Source: Candidatus Magasanikbacteria bacterium RIFCSPHIGHO2_01_FULL_41_23 (GTDB taxonomy: Bacteria; Patescibacteriota; Patescibacteriia; Magasanikbacterales; UBA922). Taken from it: a stretch of DNA of 64,000 nt. Shown piece after piece: positions 54,337 through 64,000 of this stretch. A program made the position numbers and the translations under genes. A model generated the notes under the pieces. The model was not told the DNA's origin and did not search any database. It saw nothing but the letters and a program-made list of their open reading frames with translations. The first letter of the stretch is position 1; the number at the start of each line of letters is the position of its first letter. The DNA lies in the NCBI GenBank assembly GCA_001782805.1, contig MFPT01000008.1, forward strand, positions 13,162 to 77,161. The letters are read 5' to 3'.

Positions 54337-55773
54337 ATGTTTTTTGTTTGGTTGGAACAATTTGTCGAAACACACTACAAAAAAATTTTATTATTTTTAG
54401 TGATACTATTTTTGGGCGTGGCCACTTGGCATGTGTCTGCGAGTCCGGCTACTTGGTTTGACGAGGGAATTAATTTGGGGATTGCCAAAAGTTGGTTGGT
54501 TAATGGTGTTTATAGTTTGCCTTTGGCGCCATATACTTTTGTGACTGATCGCGCTTTTTTGATTACGACTAATTATCCCGTATTGTTGCCCGTGGCTCTC
54601 TCCCTAAAATTATTTGGTTTTTCATTATTCAGCGCGCGTCTGCCAATGATTTTATTTTTATTTCTTTTTGTGTGCGCCATGTATGTATTGGCGCGTCGCC
54701 TGTATGGAAAAAATGCGGCTTTGGTGACCATGGCTTTGGTGATCTCTTTCGCGCCTTTTTATGGAGATGGTAAAGCTGTCTTGGGCGAAGTGCCCGGACT
54801 GGTTTATTTTTTGTTTGGGTTATTTTTGCTGCCAAAAGAATTGGATTCGCGACGTTTATTTTTATCTGGTTTGTTGTTGGGATTAAGCGCTGCTACTAAA
54901 CCATTTTTTTTGATTCTGGCTCCGGCCATTTTTGTGGGTGAGTGGTTTGCGTATTCAATTAAAACAAAAATGTTTTGGCAGAGGATCGGTAGTTTATCCC
55001 TGGGTGCAATTTTGCCTGTATTGATTTGGCTTAAGACAATTTTACCCAGTTTTTCTTGGAACGGAATTTTGACGGCCACGAAGTATTATTCCAATTCGTA
55101 TGCCGGTACTGATTTTTTTGTTTTAATGGCACATAACGTATGGCGTTTTTTTTCTGAAAGTACGCCGTTACATTTTTTGTTTTTACTAATTATCTTTTTA
55201 GGTGGTTTGTGGCAGGCCAAGAAACAGGGAAAAAAAATACATAAAATAGAAATTATAATTCTAACTTTTTGTTTGATTAATTTGGCTTGGTATTTGAAAA
55301 CTCCGGGTTGGTATCGATATTTTTTTACCGCGCACATTTTATTATTTTTATTTACGCCCGCTTTTTTGATCCGACTGATTCCACGCCGCGTGGCGATTGC
55401 GCTATTAGTCGGGTTGTTTATTTTTCAATCCATTCATTTGTTCACACGACGGAATGATTCGCTGTATAATGACGATACTGCCACTGTCTTTAGTCGGCAA
55501 GTTATGACCTTTACCAAGCCGAGCGATAAAATTTTAATTATCAACAGCCCGAGCGCGGCTTTTTTATTGAATGATCGTGAGATATATCAATATTTGCAAA
55601 TCAATCCCAAGCTTCATTTTGGTGACGCGGATTTTTTCAATCAGTATCAGTATATTATTTTGAGCGGGAGTACAGCGGATTTGGATATTCCGGATGTGGA
55701 TACTGATATTTTCAGTCGGTATACTCCTTTGTATGGATCGGGTCATTATATGTTGTACAAAAGACGTCTATGA
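54337..55773 (+). CDS. GT-C family membrane glycosyltransferase (ArnT-like)
   Basis: Polytopic protein. Early loop ATWFDEGINLGIAKSW. 478 aa, with the same topology class as the preceding gene. Confidence 0.65.
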   Translation: MFFVWLEQFVETHYKKILLFLVILFLGVATWHVSASPATWFDEGINLGIAKSWLVNGVYSLPLAPYTFVTDRAFLITTNYPVLLPVALSLKLFGFSLFSARLPMILFLFLFVCAMYVLARRLYGKNAALVTMALVISFAPFYGDGKAVLGEVPGLVYFLFGLFLLPKELDSRRLFLSGLLLGLSAATKPFFLILAPAIFVGEWFAYSIKTKMFWQRIGSLSLGAILPVLIWLKTILPSFSWNGILTATKYYSNSYAGTDFFVLMAHNVWRFFSESTPLHFLFLLIIFLGGLWQAKKQGKKIHKIEIIILTFCLINLAWYLKTPGWYRYFFTAHILLFLFTPAFLIRLIPRRVAIALLVGLFIFQSIHLFTRRNDSLYNDDTATVFSRQVMTFTKPSDKILIINSPSAAFLLNDREIYQYLQINPKLHFGDADFFNQYQYIILSGSTADLDIPDVDTDIFSRYTPLYGSGHYMLYKRRL

Positions 55774-56507
55774 ATATTTTTGAACTCTCGGTTGTGATTC
55801 CGGTTTTTAATGGCGCTGATTTTATTGGACAGTCGCTATCCGCATTGCGCGAGTGGCGTGATTCTCAAGCATCCAAAAGCGTTGAAATTATTATCGTGAA
55901 TGACGGCAGTACTGATGGCACGGCTAAAATTTTATCTTCTCAAATTCAAAATTTTGTTGGCTTGAAAATTATCAATCTGGATTCGAATGAAGGAAAGGGC
56001 GTGGCAATTCGAGCGGGGTTGCAAATGGCGACCGGTGAATATAGTGTGTATACTGACGCTGACTTGCCCTACGGAGTAAAAGTGCTGGGAAATATGTTGG
56101 AAGAAATGAAAAAATATCCGACATTGGATTTCCTGTATGGCTCGCGGACTCATTTTGAGTCAGGCGTGGAAAAGGAATATGGGCTCGTGCGAAAACTGGG
56201 ACGATTATTTTTTTCTGGCGTGGTGCGCGGCTTGGTTTTGTCTGATATCCCTGACACGCAATGCGGCATAAAAATGATGCGCCAGTCATTGGTGAAATTG
56301 GTTGTGGCAAGATCAGTAATCTCGCGTTTTGCTTTTGACATTGAAGTATTTGTTTTGGTCAAAGCGAGAAAATTGCCGATGAAAGATTTTCCCGTACTGC
56401 TCAATCATCGCAAAGAAAGTAGTGTGCGCATTATCAAGGATACGGCAGTGATGTTGATGGATATTTTTTTAATTAAAAAAAATCAGCGAAAAGGTGTATA
56501 TAATTAG
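55770..56507 (+). CDS. glycosyltransferase family 2 (DPM1/GtrB-like polyprenol-phosphate sugar synthase)
   Basis: LSVVIPVFNGADFI ... IIVNDGSTDGT ... YTDADLPYG. Confidence 0.8.
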   Translation: MNIFELSVVIPVFNGADFIGQSLSALREWRDSQASKSVEIIIVNDGSTDGTAKILSSQIQNFVGLKIINLDSNEGKGVAIRAGLQMATGEYSVYTDADLPYGVKVLGNMLEEMKKYPTLDFLYGSRTHFESGVEKEYGLVRKLGRLFFSGVVRGLVLSDIPDTQCGIKMMRQSLVKLVVARSVISRFAFDIEVFVLVKARKLPMKDFPVLLNHRKESSVRIIKDTAVMLMDIFLIKKNQRKGVYN

Positions 56508-56508
56508 T

Positions 56509-58293
56509 ATGTGTGGAGTAAATGGTTTTAATTTCAGAGATGAAAATTTGGTTCAGAAAATGGACCAGGTTACGGCACATCGCGGTCCAGATCAAAGTGC
56601 TTTTTGGTGTGATGAAAAAATTTCCTTGGGTCATAATCGTTTGGCAATTATTGATTTGTCCCCGCGTGGTGTTCAGCCCATGTGGGATGCGGCGCATGAA
56701 GTCGTGATTGTCTTTAACGGTGAAATTTATAATTATCAAGAATTGCGTAGTGAATTGGAAGTTGAATACCAGTTTAATTCCCAGAGCGACACGGAAGTTA
56801 TTTTGAATGCCTATAAAAAATATGGCGCCGAATGCCTGAATAAATTCAATGGCATTTTTGCATTTGCGATTTGGGATACGCGCACCGAGGAATTATTTTT
56901 GACGCGCGACAGAATGGGCGTGAAGCCGTTATATTATTTTTTTGATGGTGCACGCTTTATTTTTTCTTCAGAAATTAAAGGGATTTTGGAGCATGTTGTG
57001 TCGCGCGAAGTTGATCGGCAAGCGTTTAATCTTTTTTTTCAATTGCTGTATGTGCCAGAGCCATTGACGATGTTCAAAAATATTTTGAAATTGCCGGCCG
57101 CGCATTACGCGATTTTAAAAGAAAATAAATTGGAAATAAAAAAATATTGGGACAGCGCACCCGATTTTTTACCCTGCCCTAAAAAATCATATCAACAAAC
57201 AGTGGCTGAAATTCGGGAAACTTTTCGCGATAGCGTGAAACATCAGCTGATTTCTGATCGGCCAGTGGGAATTTTTTTGAGCGGGGGATTGGATTCGACT
57301 GCTGTGCTGGGCGCGGCTGTGGAATTCCATTCCGGACCGATTAAAACTTTTTCTGTTGGGTTCAAAGATAGTATTGATCCAAAAAAATTTAATGCTGATT
57401 TTGATTTGGCGCGACAAACTGCGGCGTATTATAAAACCGATCATCATGAATTACTCGTTGGGCCAAATGATATTTGGAATGAGATTGAACAGATTGTTTG
57501 GCATTTGGACGAACCGAATTTCAATCCTACGGCTGGAGCCATTTATTTATTATCAAAATATGCGAAGCAGTCAGTGGCTGTCGTTCTTGGCGGTGATGGA
57601 GCTGATGAATTGTTTGGTGGTTATCCGCGCTATTATTATAGCCGCTTGATGGGTTTATTTTTATTTGATGAAAAGCGCGTGTTGCGTTTTTTGGCGCAGA
57701 AATCCGATCACTTAGAAAAAATTATTTCAGCAAATATCTATCATCCTACGCAAGCCGCGGAGAATTTGCAACAGCGTTATTTTATTAATGCCAAAAATCG
57801 TCCTTGTGATTTTGAAAATTATTTTATGCGTATTGACCGCGAAGGCTGGCTGGCAGATGAGTCGCTTTTGCGCAGTGATAAAATGACCATGGCCAATGGT
57901 GTGGAAGCCCGCGTGCCGATTTTGGATTATCGACTGGTAAAATTAAGTGAAACAATTCCCGTGAAGTGGAAATTTAATTTGTGGCAGAATCCGAAAAATT
58001 TTCAAGGCAAGAAAATTTGGAAAGAGGCGATAAAGTCATATTTGCCTGAGCATGTCTTGAATCAACAAAAACGTGGTTGGTTTACGCCCATGGCCAAATG
58101 GCTACGTGGTGAATTGCGCGCGCCGGTGTATGAAATTTTACAACAAGCCAAACAAAATATCACGCACTTTAATCCGGAAGGAATTGAGGAAATGTGGCAA
58201 AAACATTTGACCGGCCAAGTCTATAATCTGAACAGTATATGGGCAATCGTGATGTGGCAGCTGTGGTATAATAAATTTTTTAAAAAAATGTAA
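56509..58293 (+). CDS. asnB: asparagine synthetase B-type glutamine amidotransferase (probable sugar amidotransferase)
   Basis: N-terminal nucleophile MCG. HRGPDQSAFW. PP-loop GIFLSGGLDST. Confidence 0.85.
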   Translation: MCGVNGFNFRDENLVQKMDQVTAHRGPDQSAFWCDEKISLGHNRLAIIDLSPRGVQPMWDAAHEVVIVFNGEIYNYQELRSELEVEYQFNSQSDTEVILNAYKKYGAECLNKFNGIFAFAIWDTRTEELFLTRDRMGVKPLYYFFDGARFIFSSEIKGILEHVVSREVDRQAFNLFFQLLYVPEPLTMFKNILKLPAAHYAILKENKLEIKKYWDSAPDFLPCPKKSYQQTVAEIRETFRDSVKHQLISDRPVGIFLSGGLDSTAVLGAAVEFHSGPIKTFSVGFKDSIDPKKFNADFDLARQTAAYYKTDHHELLVGPNDIWNEIEQIVWHLDEPNFNPTAGAIYLLSKYAKQSVAVVLGGDGADELFGGYPRYYYSRLMGLFLFDEKRVLRFLAQKSDHLEKIISANIYHPTQAAENLQQRYFINAKNRPCDFENYFMRIDREGWLADESLLRSDKMTMANGVEARVPILDYRLVKLSETIPVKWKFNLWQNPKNFQGKKIWKEAIKSYLPEHVLNQQKRGWFTPMAKWLRGELRAPVYEILQQAKQNITHFNPEGIEEMWQKHLTGQVYNLNSIWAIVMWQLWYNKFFKKM

Positions 58294-58294
58294 T

Positions 58295-58930
58295 ATGCGA
58301 GAATTATTTACTGAATTGTGGCGGGGGAAAGATGTCTACCGAATCTTGATGAATACTGAATGTCGTCGATTTTTTTTGCGCGGTTTGACGGTGGATGTGG
58401 GGAGTGGAAAAAATTTGGCCAGCTATCATCGGTTTTTTCAGTGTACGTCTGAAACAGAAATAAAATGTTTGGATTTGGCACTGGGAAATATTGATTTGGA
58501 GACTGACGCCCTGCCGTACACGGACAATTCCATTGATACGATTTTGGTAATGAATTTATTGGAGCATATTTATAATTTTAAACAGGTGATTTCTGAATCG
58601 CACCGCACTATAAAATCCGACGGACAGGTTATTGGCGTGGTGCCATTTCTGGTAGCCTATCATCCTGATCCACATGATTATTGGCGCTACAGCGAAGAGA
58701 CTTTGAAAAATATTTTTACTGCGGCTGGATTTTCTTCAATTGAAATCAAACCGTTTGGCCGTGGAGTGGGAATCGCCGCTTATTCTCAAATTGAAATTAT
58801 TTTGCCGAAAATTATTAAGATGATACTCCTGCCATTAGTTTTTGGTTTTGACGCTGGGGTTGGTCGGCTCTGTAAGCGATCGAGCGTGCGTCATTATCCA
58901 TTGGGATATTTTTTTGTCGCGAAAAAATAA
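58295..58930 (+). CDS. class I SAM-dependent methyltransferase
   Basis: LTVDVGSGKN... and LPYTDNSIDTILVMNLLEHI (Methyltransf_11-like). Confidence 0.7.
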   Translation: MRELFTELWRGKDVYRILMNTECRRFFLRGLTVDVGSGKNLASYHRFFQCTSETEIKCLDLALGNIDLETDALPYTDNSIDTILVMNLLEHIYNFKQVISESHRTIKSDGQVIGVVPFLVAYHPDPHDYWRYSEETLKNIFTAAGFSSIEIKPFGRGVGIAAYSQIEIILPKIIKMILLPLVFGFDAGVGRLCKRSSVRHYPLGYFFVAKK

Positions 58931-58938
58931 AAGAAAAT

Positions 58939-60069
58939 ATGAAAATTATTTATTGTGTCACGGTTCGTCTGCCCACGGAAAAAGCGCATGGTTTGCAAAT
59001 CATGAAAACTAACGCGGCTTTGGTTCAATCTGGGGCAAAAGTCGAGCTGGTGATTCCTGATCGGACTAATCCGATTACGGTTGATCCGTTTGTGTTTTAT
59101 GGTGTGGAAAAAACTTTTTCAATCACGAAACTAAAGTGTCCTGATTTGATTACGAATAATCGTCTGGGTTTGGTTGGGTATTGGTTGCAAAGTTATTTAT
59201 TTGTCCGAGCTATTCGTCGGCACTGCGATTTTAAAAATATTATTTTGTATACTCGTGATTTGCCTTTGGCATTTTGGTTTACCAAGATTAACGCGCCGTT
59301 GTTTTATGAGATTCATAGTTTGCCGAAAAATATAACATTCGTGCATCGGCGCGCATGGAGGAAGGCACGGGGGATTATTGTGATTAGTGATGGGCTACGC
59401 GCTGAATTAATCGCGGCTGGCATGGCATCGGAAAAAATTATTGTAGTGCGCGATAGCGTAGATGTGGCGCAATTTCAAAATGTCCCGAGCAAAAATGACT
59501 GTCGTGATCAATTGGGAATTCCGCTTGATCAAAAAGTCGCCGTCTATACCGGGCATTTGTATGGTTGGAAAGGTGCGGATACTTTGGCACGCGCGGGAAA
59601 ACTGTTGGCGGGGGAAAATATCCACACCTATGTGGTCGGCGGAACTGACGCGGAAATTGTTACATTTCGCGCCGAATTTTCTTCACGATTTGTGCATGTG
59701 ATTGGTCGGCGTGATCATAACGAGATGCCGCGCTGGCTGGCGGCCGCGGATGTGCTGGTTATTCCGAACAGCGCGAAATATAAAATCGGCGCGGTGTACA
59801 CTTCACCCCTGAAATTATTTGAATACATGGCAGCCGGCCGGCCAATTGTGGCCACTGCAGTGCCGGCCTTGCGCGAAGTGTTGGGAGAGAACGCGATTTT
59901 TGCTGAGGCTGATAATCCTGATTCAATCGCTGCTGCCATACAAAAAACTTTTGACAATTATTCGGTTTTGGAAAATCAAGCAAAAAAAATAGCCGAAACC
60001 GTGGCCACAAAATATAGCTGGGAACGGCGCGGAGAATTGATTATTAATTTTATGAAACAACATGTTTAA
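58939..60069 (+). CDS. glycosyltransferase family 4
   Basis: ADVLVIPNSAKYKIGAVYTSPLKLFEYMAAGRPIVATAVPALREV. Confidence 0.8.
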   Translation: MKIIYCVTVRLPTEKAHGLQIMKTNAALVQSGAKVELVIPDRTNPITVDPFVFYGVEKTFSITKLKCPDLITNNRLGLVGYWLQSYLFVRAIRRHCDFKNIILYTRDLPLAFWFTKINAPLFYEIHSLPKNITFVHRRAWRKARGIIVISDGLRAELIAAGMASEKIIVVRDSVDVAQFQNVPSKNDCRDQLGIPLDQKVAVYTGHLYGWKGADTLARAGKLLAGENIHTYVVGGTDAEIVTFRAEFSSRFVHVIGRRDHNEMPRWLAAADVLVIPNSAKYKIGAVYTSPLKLFEYMAAGRPIVATAVPALREVLGENAIFAEADNPDSIAAAIQKTFDNYSVLENQAKKIAETVATKYSWERRGELIINFMKQHV

Positions 60070-61555
60070 TTCTATTTGGCTAATGACACTTATCGCTAGG
60101 GTGACTGGACAAGCGTATACCCCGTTGTGGGGGGAAAAAATACCGTTTATACTTTTGGGTTTAGGGTGTTTCAGTTTTTTTATTGTTGCGTTTACTTTGG
60201 CGTACCTGCGATATTTTCGTGAAGATAAATCATGGCGAAAGTTATTTTTTATCACGTCCAGCTTTACTATGGCTGTAGTCGTGGCTAAATATACTGTCTA
60301 TCATTTTGTGAAGGGGTATATACCCGATCGGCTATTACTGTATGCCTTACCATCGCCTCGGGTTGAAAATTTTTTCTGGTTTTTATTACCAATAATTGTT
60401 TTTGGTATTTTTCTGTATTATCGTGAACGTATTGAAAAATTGCCAATTAATAAATTTTTAATAACACTTTGGTTTACCCTAGTGTTATTTTCTTTAAGTG
60501 TGGCTGCAATTCGGAATGGAATTTTTAGTATTTACGAACCGTTCACGCGTACTTACTGGGAGTATACGGGGAATCTGCCGTTCGTTAAGAGTGTTCCTGA
60601 TTTTTTACATAATTACATTATATTACAACCAAAACTTGCACAACACAGTATCACCCATCCTCCTGGTTATACGATTACCCTGTATCTTTTTCAAAAATAT
60701 TTTCACGCTAATCTTTTTGGACTATCGGTTCTGGTGGTGATATTGGGTACATCCGTAATTTTTCCTTTATATTTTTTTCTGAAAAATTTTTTATCCGAAA
60801 AAGATCTTCGACGCGGCTTACAACTTTTTATATTTCTACCAAGTGTAGTTTTGCTCGGAGCAACTTCAATGGAGTTTACGCTACTATTTTTTACGTGGCT
60901 TACCATATATGTCTTATATGCAGGTTGGCAACGCAGTAATTTGATTTCGTTCGTCGGTGGTTTATTAGTAGGGCTCACGTTATTCCAAAATTTTTTGGTC
61001 TTGCTTCTTACCCCGTTATTTTTGGCCTTGCTTCTCCATGTTTATGGTAAAATACAACCAAAGGATCGAAAGTATTTTTGGCTACGTTTAGGATACTCAA
61101 TTATAGGTTTTTTAATATTTTTTAGTGTTCTGCAAATGGAATTTGGTTATTCGATTATCACCAATTTTCTAATTGGTCGACAAGCTAATGCTGAAGTAGT
61201 GGAAAGTAATTGGCGATCAGTTGGCACCTACGGGACATATTTGATCATGAACATTCTAGCTTTTTTTATCTATCTGGGTGTGATTCATATTCCATGGATA
61301 ATTCGTTATTTTAAATCATTTTTTAATCGGCATAATATTTGGCTTAGTTTGGGCTTTTTAATCGTTTTATTTTTTTTACTTATTGGTGTTTTTCAGGGAG
61401 AAATCGAACGACTCTGGCTTTTTATCACACCTTTGTTTATTATACCACTAAGTTCACTGTATCGTGATGTTGAAGGACGCCAGTTTTCAGGGATTTTAGC
61501 TTTACTTTTTTTTCAAATTTTTATAACCCAAATTCTTTTTTATACCTATTGGTAA
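60062..61555 (+). CDS. polytopic membrane protein of unknown function (glycan-cluster associated)
   Basis: More than 12 predicted TM helices; no catalytic motif recognised. Confidence 0.55.
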   Translation: MFNSIWLMTLIARVTGQAYTPLWGEKIPFILLGLGCFSFFIVAFTLAYLRYFREDKSWRKLFFITSSFTMAVVVAKYTVYHFVKGYIPDRLLLYALPSPRVENFFWFLLPIIVFGIFLYYRERIEKLPINKFLITLWFTLVLFSLSVAAIRNGIFSIYEPFTRTYWEYTGNLPFVKSVPDFLHNYIILQPKLAQHSITHPPGYTITLYLFQKYFHANLFGLSVLVVILGTSVIFPLYFFLKNFLSEKDLRRGLQLFIFLPSVVLLGATSMEFTLLFFTWLTIYVLYAGWQRSNLISFVGGLLVGLTLFQNFLVLLLTPLFLALLLHVYGKIQPKDRKYFWLRLGYSIIGFLIFFSVLQMEFGYSIITNFLIGRQANAEVVESNWRSVGTYGTYLIMNILAFFIYLGVIHIPWIIRYFKSFFNRHNIWLSLGFLIVLFFLLIGVFQGEIERLWLFITPLFIIPLSSLYRDVEGRQFSGILALLFFQIFITQILFYTYW

Positions 61556-62295
61556 TTAGTATGGCCTCATTCAATCAATATCAATTCGATGATTTATTAG
61601 TCCGAGATGAAGATGTGTATGCTCAAACCAAGTATGAAATGATTCTGGCAGTGCTCAAAGATAGTGGAATATTGACTATCCTGAATGCTGGTTGCGGTTC
61701 GGGAGAATTATCTTTTCTCTTGGCCGCGGCCGGGCATAAGGTCGTTGGGATTGACCCCTCTTTCGAATATATTGCTTTGGCTGAAAAACGTTGTCCGAAT
61801 CAGCTGTCGGCTCAGTGCAATTTTTTAGTTAGTTCAATTGAAACATTACCAATCACTGAACAGTACGATTGTATTATTGCCACCGATGTCCTAGAGCATA
61901 TTGAAGATCATGTAACGGCTATCCAAAAGCTTGTCCGTCTCATCAAACCGGGTGGAACATTAATTATTACCGTACCGGCTCTCGCGTTTTTGTTCGGGTA
62001 CCATGATGAATTATTGGGTCATTATCGTCGGTATAATCGGGCAAACTTGAATTTTTTAATCAAAAAAAATAATGATATAACCGTTTCTTCTATTCGTTAT
62101 TTTGGTTTCACATTAATTCCAATTTGTTATTTATATAGCAAAATACTTCGTCGGCCATATCCGGTTGCCCCAAAAAATTTAGGAATTATGGCTACTATCC
62201 GCCAACGTATCATCATGTTTATTTTGAGGCTCGATCGCCATCTCCCTATCCCGCTGGGGATCAGTTTATTGGCTATTGGCCGCAAAAATTTTTAA
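61549..62295 (+). CDS. class I SAM-dependent methyltransferase
   Basis: ILNAGCGSGELSFLLAAAGHKVVGIDPS. ATDVLEHIEDH. Confidence 0.75.
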   Translation: MVISMASFNQYQFDDLLVRDEDVYAQTKYEMILAVLKDSGILTILNAGCGSGELSFLLAAAGHKVVGIDPSFEYIALAEKRCPNQLSAQCNFLVSSIETLPITEQYDCIIATDVLEHIEDHVTAIQKLVRLIKPGGTLIITVPALAFLFGYHDELLGHYRRYNRANLNFLIKKNNDITVSSIRYFGFTLIPICYLYSKILRRPYPVAPKNLGIMATIRQRIIMFILRLDRHLPIPLGISLLAIGRKNF

Positions 62296-62360
62296 ACAAT
62301 ATTTGGGTTGACAATTAAGCCTTTCTTGCTATAATTCTAGCAATCAATCTTCAAGTTTCT

Positions 62361-63287
62361 ATGATTTCAATAGTCATTCCCGTCTACAATGAAGAGGATA
62401 ATGTCGCTCTTCTCCATAATAAAATTGTCGCTGTGTGCACTAATTTATCCGAAGAATACGAGATAATTTTTGTCGATGACGGTTCTACTGATCAAACAAT
62501 TAAAAAACTTAAAGAATTGCCCAAAGTTAAAATTGTGGTCTTGGCCATGGACTTTGGTCAGACATCGGCGCTTGACGCGGGGATTCATGATGCCAAAGGA
62601 GACATAATTATTACCATGGATGGTGATTTGCAGAATGATCCCGCTGACATTCCCAATTTGATTGCCAAAATTAACGAAGGCTACGATGTTGTCTCTGGCT
62701 GGCGACAGATGCGAGATGATTCATTTGGACGACGGGTTCTTTCACGATTGGCCAATTGGCTCACCGCACGAATGACCGGTCTATATTTGCATGATTCTGC
62801 CTGTGCACTCAAAGCCTATCGTCGTGAAGTAATTACACAAGTTCATTTATACGGTGAAATGCATGTTTTTCTGCCAGCGTATTTATACGGTCGCGGAGCA
62901 AAAGTTGCAGAAATTCCCGTTCGACATTACGCGCGACAATTTGGTCTTTCCAAACATTATTTTATGAAGGCGGTCAAAGATATTTTTGATCTCCTGACCA
63001 TTAAATTTTTGGCGACCATGACTGGTCGCCCGCTTTTATTTTTTGGTGGTACTGGTTTAGTAGCTTTTTTGATTGGTATTCTGATTAGCGCAGTGGCGGT
63101 GTATCTGAAAATAATAGGTTTAAGAAATTTCGGACAGACACCCCTGCCAATTTTGTCAGTATTTTTTATTTTGTCGGGCATACTGTTTTTTATGTTAGGA
63201 TTTTTGGCTGAGTTGATTCTAAGAGTTTATTTCGAAACCAGTAAACGAACTCCGTATATTATTCGTGAACGGATTGAAAATAAATAA
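62361..63287 (+). CDS. glycosyltransferase family 2 with C-terminal TM helices (GtrB/bactoprenol glycosyltransferase-like)
   Basis: ISIVIPVYNEEDNV ... IIFVDDGSTDQT ... TMDGDLQNDPADIP. Two C-terminal TM segments. Confidence 0.8.
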   Translation: MISIVIPVYNEEDNVALLHNKIVAVCTNLSEEYEIIFVDDGSTDQTIKKLKELPKVKIVVLAMDFGQTSALDAGIHDAKGDIIITMDGDLQNDPADIPNLIAKINEGYDVVSGWRQMRDDSFGRRVLSRLANWLTARMTGLYLHDSACALKAYRREVITQVHLYGEMHVFLPAYLYGRGAKVAEIPVRHYARQFGLSKHYFMKAVKDIFDLLTIKFLATMTGRPLLFFGGTGLVAFLIGILISAVAVYLKIIGLRNFGQTPLPILSVFFILSGILFFMLGFLAELILRVYFETSKRTPYIIRERIENK

Positions 63288-63293
63288 TTGTAT

Positions 63294-63968
63294 ATGCAGG
63301 TTATTATTATTGCTGCGGGTGAAGGAATTCGGATGCGTCCTCTAACACTTACTCTTCCTAAACCATTAGTTAGTGTTGGTAATAAGACTTTACTCGATCA
63401 TATTTTTTTAGCATTACCTGACGAAGTTACTGAAGCGGTAATTGTGGTTCGTTATTTGGCAAACAAAATTAAAAATTATTGTGGTGTTACATTTCATGGT
63501 CGTTCGATTATCTATGCCGAAGGCTCATCGCTCGGTAGTGCCTATAGTTTCTTAGCGGCTCAGCCGTTTATAATCGAGGATCGTTTTCTTTTTATTAATG
63601 GCGATGAATTTCCTGATCCGGAAGATATTAAAAATTGTTTATCTTACCCGGTTAGTATTTTATGTTTTAGACCTAATGATCCTTGGAACCATGGTGTTGT
63701 CACGCTTCGGCCTGATGGAACCGTTGAACAAATTACAGAAAAACCTGTTCAGCCCAAAAGTAACCTAGCTTCATTGGGTGTGCTTGTACTTTCCAAAAAA
63801 ATTTTTTCCTATGTCCCTGAAAAAAATGACACAACTGAATTTTTTTTTACTAGTCTTGTTAATCAGTTTCTTCGTGATGAAGACGTTGTGGCCGTAGAAT
63901 CAAAACGTGGTATTGGAGGAATTTCTACAGTGGCTGATGTGGAAAAACTTAATAATTTACTTTTATGA
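63294..63968 (+). CDS. sugar-1-phosphate nucleotidyltransferase (NTP_transferase family)
   Basis: MQVIIIAAGEGIRMRPLTLTLPKPLV is the G-x-G-x-R-x-x-P-x-T-x-x-x-P-K signature of nucleotidyl-sugar pyrophosphorylases. The stop is inside the window. Confidence 0.75.
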   Translation: MQVIIIAAGEGIRMRPLTLTLPKPLVSVGNKTLLDHIFLALPDEVTEAVIVVRYLANKIKNYCGVTFHGRSIIYAEGSSLGSAYSFLAAQPFIIEDRFLFINGDEFPDPEDIKNCLSYPVSILCFRPNDPWNHGVVTLRPDGTVEQITEKPVQPKSNLASLGVLVLSKKIFSYVPEKNDTTEFFFTSLVNQFLRDEDVVAVESKRGIGGISTVADVEKLNNLLL

Positions 63969-64000
63969 TCTTTACTCGTACACCGTTTAGATTGCCGTTG

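Noticed and set aside
1-64000. CRISPR arrays, cas genes, rRNA, transposases, integrases, reverse transcriptase (DGR)
   Set aside because: No regularly spaced short direct repeats with unique spacers. No ORF with RuvC/HNH, DDE, tyrosine-recombinase (R..H..R..Y) or RT (YxDD) motifs was seen. The Cys-repeat arrays are coding tandem repeats, not CRISPR or DGR targets.

Overview
Most of this 64-kb window is low-GC (by eye roughly 35-40%) and densely coding. Many genes overlap by 1-10 nt and few have a Shine-Dalgarno. The gene content (DUF4143 ATPase, DUF5667-like anti-sigma, DPPR-synthase-like UbiA, swarms of GT4/GT2/GT-C glycosyltransferases) fits a small-genome, Patescibacteria/CPR-like bacterium; that assignment is inference only. 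Layout: (i) 1-2.1 kb, a 5'-truncated hypothetical gene. (ii) 2.1-9.2 kb, an accessory region with three sharply bounded high-GC cassettes (GC3-rich codons) in AT-rich context. They are a TM protein plus a beta-rich OMP-like protein at 2.7-4.4 kb, and two paralogous cysteine-rich tandem-repeat lipoproteins at 5.1-6.8 and 7.1-9.15 kb. This region also holds an atypical tRNA-like gene (4580-4652, minus) and a ~95-nt structured element present twice (2322-2415, 4990-5082). (iii) 9.3-18 kb: DUF4143 AAA ATPase, Wzy/O-antigen-ligase-like membrane protein, radical SAM, GT4, a RelE/YafQ-type toxin-antitoxin pair with its own promoter, an FG-GAP repeat secreted protein, and a GT4. (iv) 18.1-23.6 kb on the minus strand, the most interesting locus: an OmpR-type response regulator, then a promoter region, then a tightly coupled operon. 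The operon encodes a 36-aa peptide ending in PPWSG (strong SD), a membrane histidine kinase, a 630-aa protein with class-II terpene-cyclase motifs (QW-like QNNDGGF, DLDDSS) plus a C-terminal DDxxD, and a trans-polyprenyl diphosphate synthase. This combination of a Trp-containing peptide, a kinase, an isoprenyl-transferase-family enzyme and a regulator is reminiscent of the Bacillus ComQXPA quorum-sensing cassette, with an added cyclase-like enzyme. (v) 23.7-29 kb: a native-GC paralog of the Cys-rich lipoprotein with thrombospondin-type-3-like Ca-binding repeats, a large membrane-anchored hypothetical, an excisionase-family HTH, and a divergent ECF-type sigma factor with a DUF5667-like anti-sigma protein; palindromic GTATACACTAGT operator-like repeats lie between the divergent genes. 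(vi) 29.2-32.9 kb: a 1252-aa T/V/A/G-rich secreted surface protein. (vii) 33-64 kb: a ~31-kb, almost entirely plus-strand glycan biosynthesis cluster. It holds 8+ GT4, 4 GT2, 3 GT-C (ArnT-like) transferases, a UDP-xylose-synthase fusion, a DPPR-synthase-like UbiA with a HAD phosphatase and an epimerase, a sugar C-methyltransferase, gmd and an rmd-like gene, AsnB-type amidotransferase, two SAM methyltransferases and a sugar-1-P nucleotidyltransferase. No CRISPR array, rRNA, transposase or integrase was seen. Long antisense ORFs inside the high-GC cassettes are treated as composition artefacts.
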